Source: a virus (taxonomy: Duplodnaviria > Caudoviricetes). From it: DNA of 57,728 nt. The translations under genes were made by a program, and so were the position numbers. Position 1 is the first letter of the stretch. Each line of letters begins with the position of its first letter. The DNA is taken from positions 1 to 57,728 of the IMG/VR virus record IMGVR_UViG_3300030430_005103, one strand, 5' to 3'. This document shows, in pieces, positions 56,068 to 57,728 of the stretch. The notes beneath the pieces are model-generated. The model was not told the DNA's origin. It did no database searches and saw only the letters and a program-made list of their open reading frames with translations.

Positions 56068-56525
56068 ATTGGACTACCGGCGCAGGTAAATCCATAAACT
56101 TTTTCGATATCACACAAAAAATAAAATCTCATAATAAAAACAAAGGACAGGTTATAGTAGGAACAGATTCTCATGTAAAAACGGGAAAGTGTACCTTTAC
56201 AACCACTATTGTCTTAGTTGGAGCCCAAAATCAAAAAGGAGGTCTTTACTTTTATAAAATAGAAAAGTATAATGACCCTGATAGATTTTATAACCGCATT
56301 CTTAAGGAAGCTGAGAAGTCAATAAATATGGCAATGAAGATAACAGAATTGTGTCCATCAACAAATGTAGAAATACATATTGACATTTCACCAGAAGAAT
56401 GTAATAATAGAACCTCACCTATGGCTAAAATGCTAGTAGGCTACGCAGTTGGATCTGGATTTGCTTGTAAAATTAAGCCTGATTCTTTCGCAGCTTCGGT
56501 AGTCGCAGACAAACATTCTAAATGA
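56064..56525 (+). CDS. RNase H-like YkuK (DUF458) family protein
   Basis: VGTDS, RI..E...S, EIHID, KP.SFAAS.VAD. Confidence 0.85.
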   Translation: MNWTTGAGKSINFFDITQKIKSHNKNKGQVIVGTDSHVKTGKCTFTTTIVLVGAQNQKGGLYFYKIEKYNDPDRFYNRILKEAEKSINMAMKITELCPSTNVEIHIDISPEECNNRTSPMAKMLVGYAVGSGFACKIKPDSFAASVVADKHSK

Positions 56526-57448
56526 GAAATAAAAAAAATATATTACGAGAAGTTCTTGGGTCTGGATATGACTCAAGAGACGAAACACTTTATCACTGTC
56601 CCTTTTGTAAACATCATAAAAAGAAATTGTCAGTCAATGTTGTTAAAGGCTTTTTCAAATGCTGGGTTTGCGATACAAAAGGCGCCATATCTTATCTTAT
56701 AAAACGCTTTGGAACGATAGATGACCGTCATGATTGGGCCTTACTAGATCAAGAAGTAGACTTTTCTACAATGGATTTGATTTTTAATCAACCAGAAGAA
56801 AAGTTGCCTCCTGTAAATTTACCACCAGAATATATGTGTTTAGCGAAAAAAGGCTTACCTCCTGCTGCTAATGAAGCTATATCTTATCTGTGGTCGAGAG
56901 GTATAGGACAAAAAGATATTATTTACCATAAGATCGGATTTTGCTTGACAGGTAAGTATAAAAAGCGTATAATAATACCGTCCTTTGACGATGAGGGTAA
57001 TTGTAATTATTTCACGGCTAGGTCATATAGTGGTGATTGGCTATCTTATAAGAATCCTCCAGCGTCAAAAAATATTATTTTTAATGATCTTTTGATCAAT
57101 TGGAATGAGCCGATAACTTTAGTAGAAGGCCCATTTGATTCCATAAAGATGAAAAATTCTATTCCTATATTGGGATCAACTCTAAAAGAAACAACAAAGT
57201 TGTTCAAAAAGATTGTTGAAAAACAAACAAAAGTTTACATTGGTTTAGATGAAGATGCCTTAAATAAATCAATGAAAATCATATCTTTACTTCTTGAGTA
57301 TGGATTAGATGTCTATAAGCTAGACACTTCTGATATTGAAGATATCGGGTCCATAACAAAAACAGAAGCTGAAGATCTAAAACAAGAGGCATCACAGATC
57401 GATCTAGAAAGTATTTTTAATATTTATTGGAGTATGAATGAGCTATAA
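56522..57448 (+). CDS. dnaG: DNA primase (DnaG-type)
   Basis: CPFC...CWVC zinc finger, YL..RGI, RIIIP, AR, YKNP, TOPRIM VEGPFD and LDED. Confidence 0.9.
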   Translation: MRNKKNILREVLGSGYDSRDETLYHCPFCKHHKKKLSVNVVKGFFKCWVCDTKGAISYLIKRFGTIDDRHDWALLDQEVDFSTMDLIFNQPEEKLPPVNLPPEYMCLAKKGLPPAANEAISYLWSRGIGQKDIIYHKIGFCLTGKYKKRIIIPSFDDEGNCNYFTARSYSGDWLSYKNPPASKNIIFNDLLINWNEPITLVEGPFDSIKMKNSIPILGSTLKETTKLFKKIVEKQTKVYIGLDEDALNKSMKIISLLLEYGLDVYKLDTSDIEDIGSITKTEAEDLKQEASQIDLESIFNIYWSMNEL

Positions 57449-57728
57449 AATCGCCCATATCGCAGACACGCATATAAAAAATCTAAAATATCACACAGAA
57501 TATCGTGAAGTTTTCTCTAAGCTTTTCGAGCACTTACGTGAAGAGAAGGTGGATTATATTGTTCACTGTGGAGATATTGCACACTCCAAAACTAACATCT
57601 CTCCAGAGTTTGTAAAACTGTGCTCAGAATTCCTAAGTGGGCTAAATTCTATTGCACCGACCTATATAATACTTGGAAACCATGACGGCAACTTGAAAAA
57701 TAGTAGCCGAGAAGATGCTATTACTCCA
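57438..57728 (+). CDS. SbcD/Mre11 (gp47-like) metallophosphoesterase nuclease, 5' part only
   Basis: Not in the ORF track because it runs off the window. MSYKIAHIADTHI...HCGDIAH...LGNHD gives the DxH, GD and GNHD motifs. Confidence 0.88.
   Translation, partial: MSYKIAHIADTHIKNLKYHTEYREVFSKLFEHLREEKVDYIVHCGDIAHSKTNISPEFVKLCSEFLSGLNSIAPTYIILGNHDGNLKNSSREDAITP

Noticed and set aside
167-56174. Numerous 60-130 aa minus-strand and nested ORFs in the track
   Set aside because: They lie within or antisense to well-supported genes and show no recognisable motifs.
1-57728. Stop-codon reassignment, introns or inteins
   Set aside because: The standard code gives near-complete coding density with TAA, TGA and TAG all used as stops; no split genes or intein motifs were recognised.

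Overview
This is an AT-rich, densely coded, almost single-stranded segment of a large (jumbo-type) contractile-tailed dsDNA bacteriophage, read in the standard genetic code with strong Shine-Dalgarno sites. It has five blocks. (1) 1-6505: accessory and regulatory genes, including a Fis-like protein, a minus-strand lipoprotein trypsin-like protease, PIN-PhoH, an HExxH zincin and a PD-(D/E)XK nuclease. (2) 6513-19122: a 15-gene glycan island with three GT-B glycosyltransferases, two NeuB-type nonulosonate synthases, NeuA, two Maf/GT42-like sialyltransferase candidates, a 2OG-Fe(II) oxygenase, an FkbM methyltransferase, an NTP-transferase/HAD fusion, a cupin, a GDPD-like protein, a GT-like protein and a HAD phosphatase. 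(3) 19125-20853: small genes and a gp55-like late sigma factor. (4) 20856-55543: a baseplate/tail block with a MepA-type peptidase protein, a spike-like protein, gp25, gp6, a DNRLRE-like protein, a 3239-aa LamG protein and paralogous baseplate proteins. (5) 55555-end: RuvC-like, YkuK RNase H-like, DnaG primase and a partial SbcD/Mre11. The best candidate for a new system is phage-encoded protein O-glycosylation with a sialic-acid-like sugar (possibly KDN), whose targets may be the strongly repeated [S/T]-[G/A/S]-[S/T] motifs in the outer virion proteins. Also notable are a large excess of GC-rich palindromes (GGCGCC, RCCGGY) and a recurring ACTATTTA late-promoter-like motif. No tRNA, rRNA, CRISPR array, transposase or reverse transcriptase was seen. 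All calls come from motif recognition by eye; no database searches were run.
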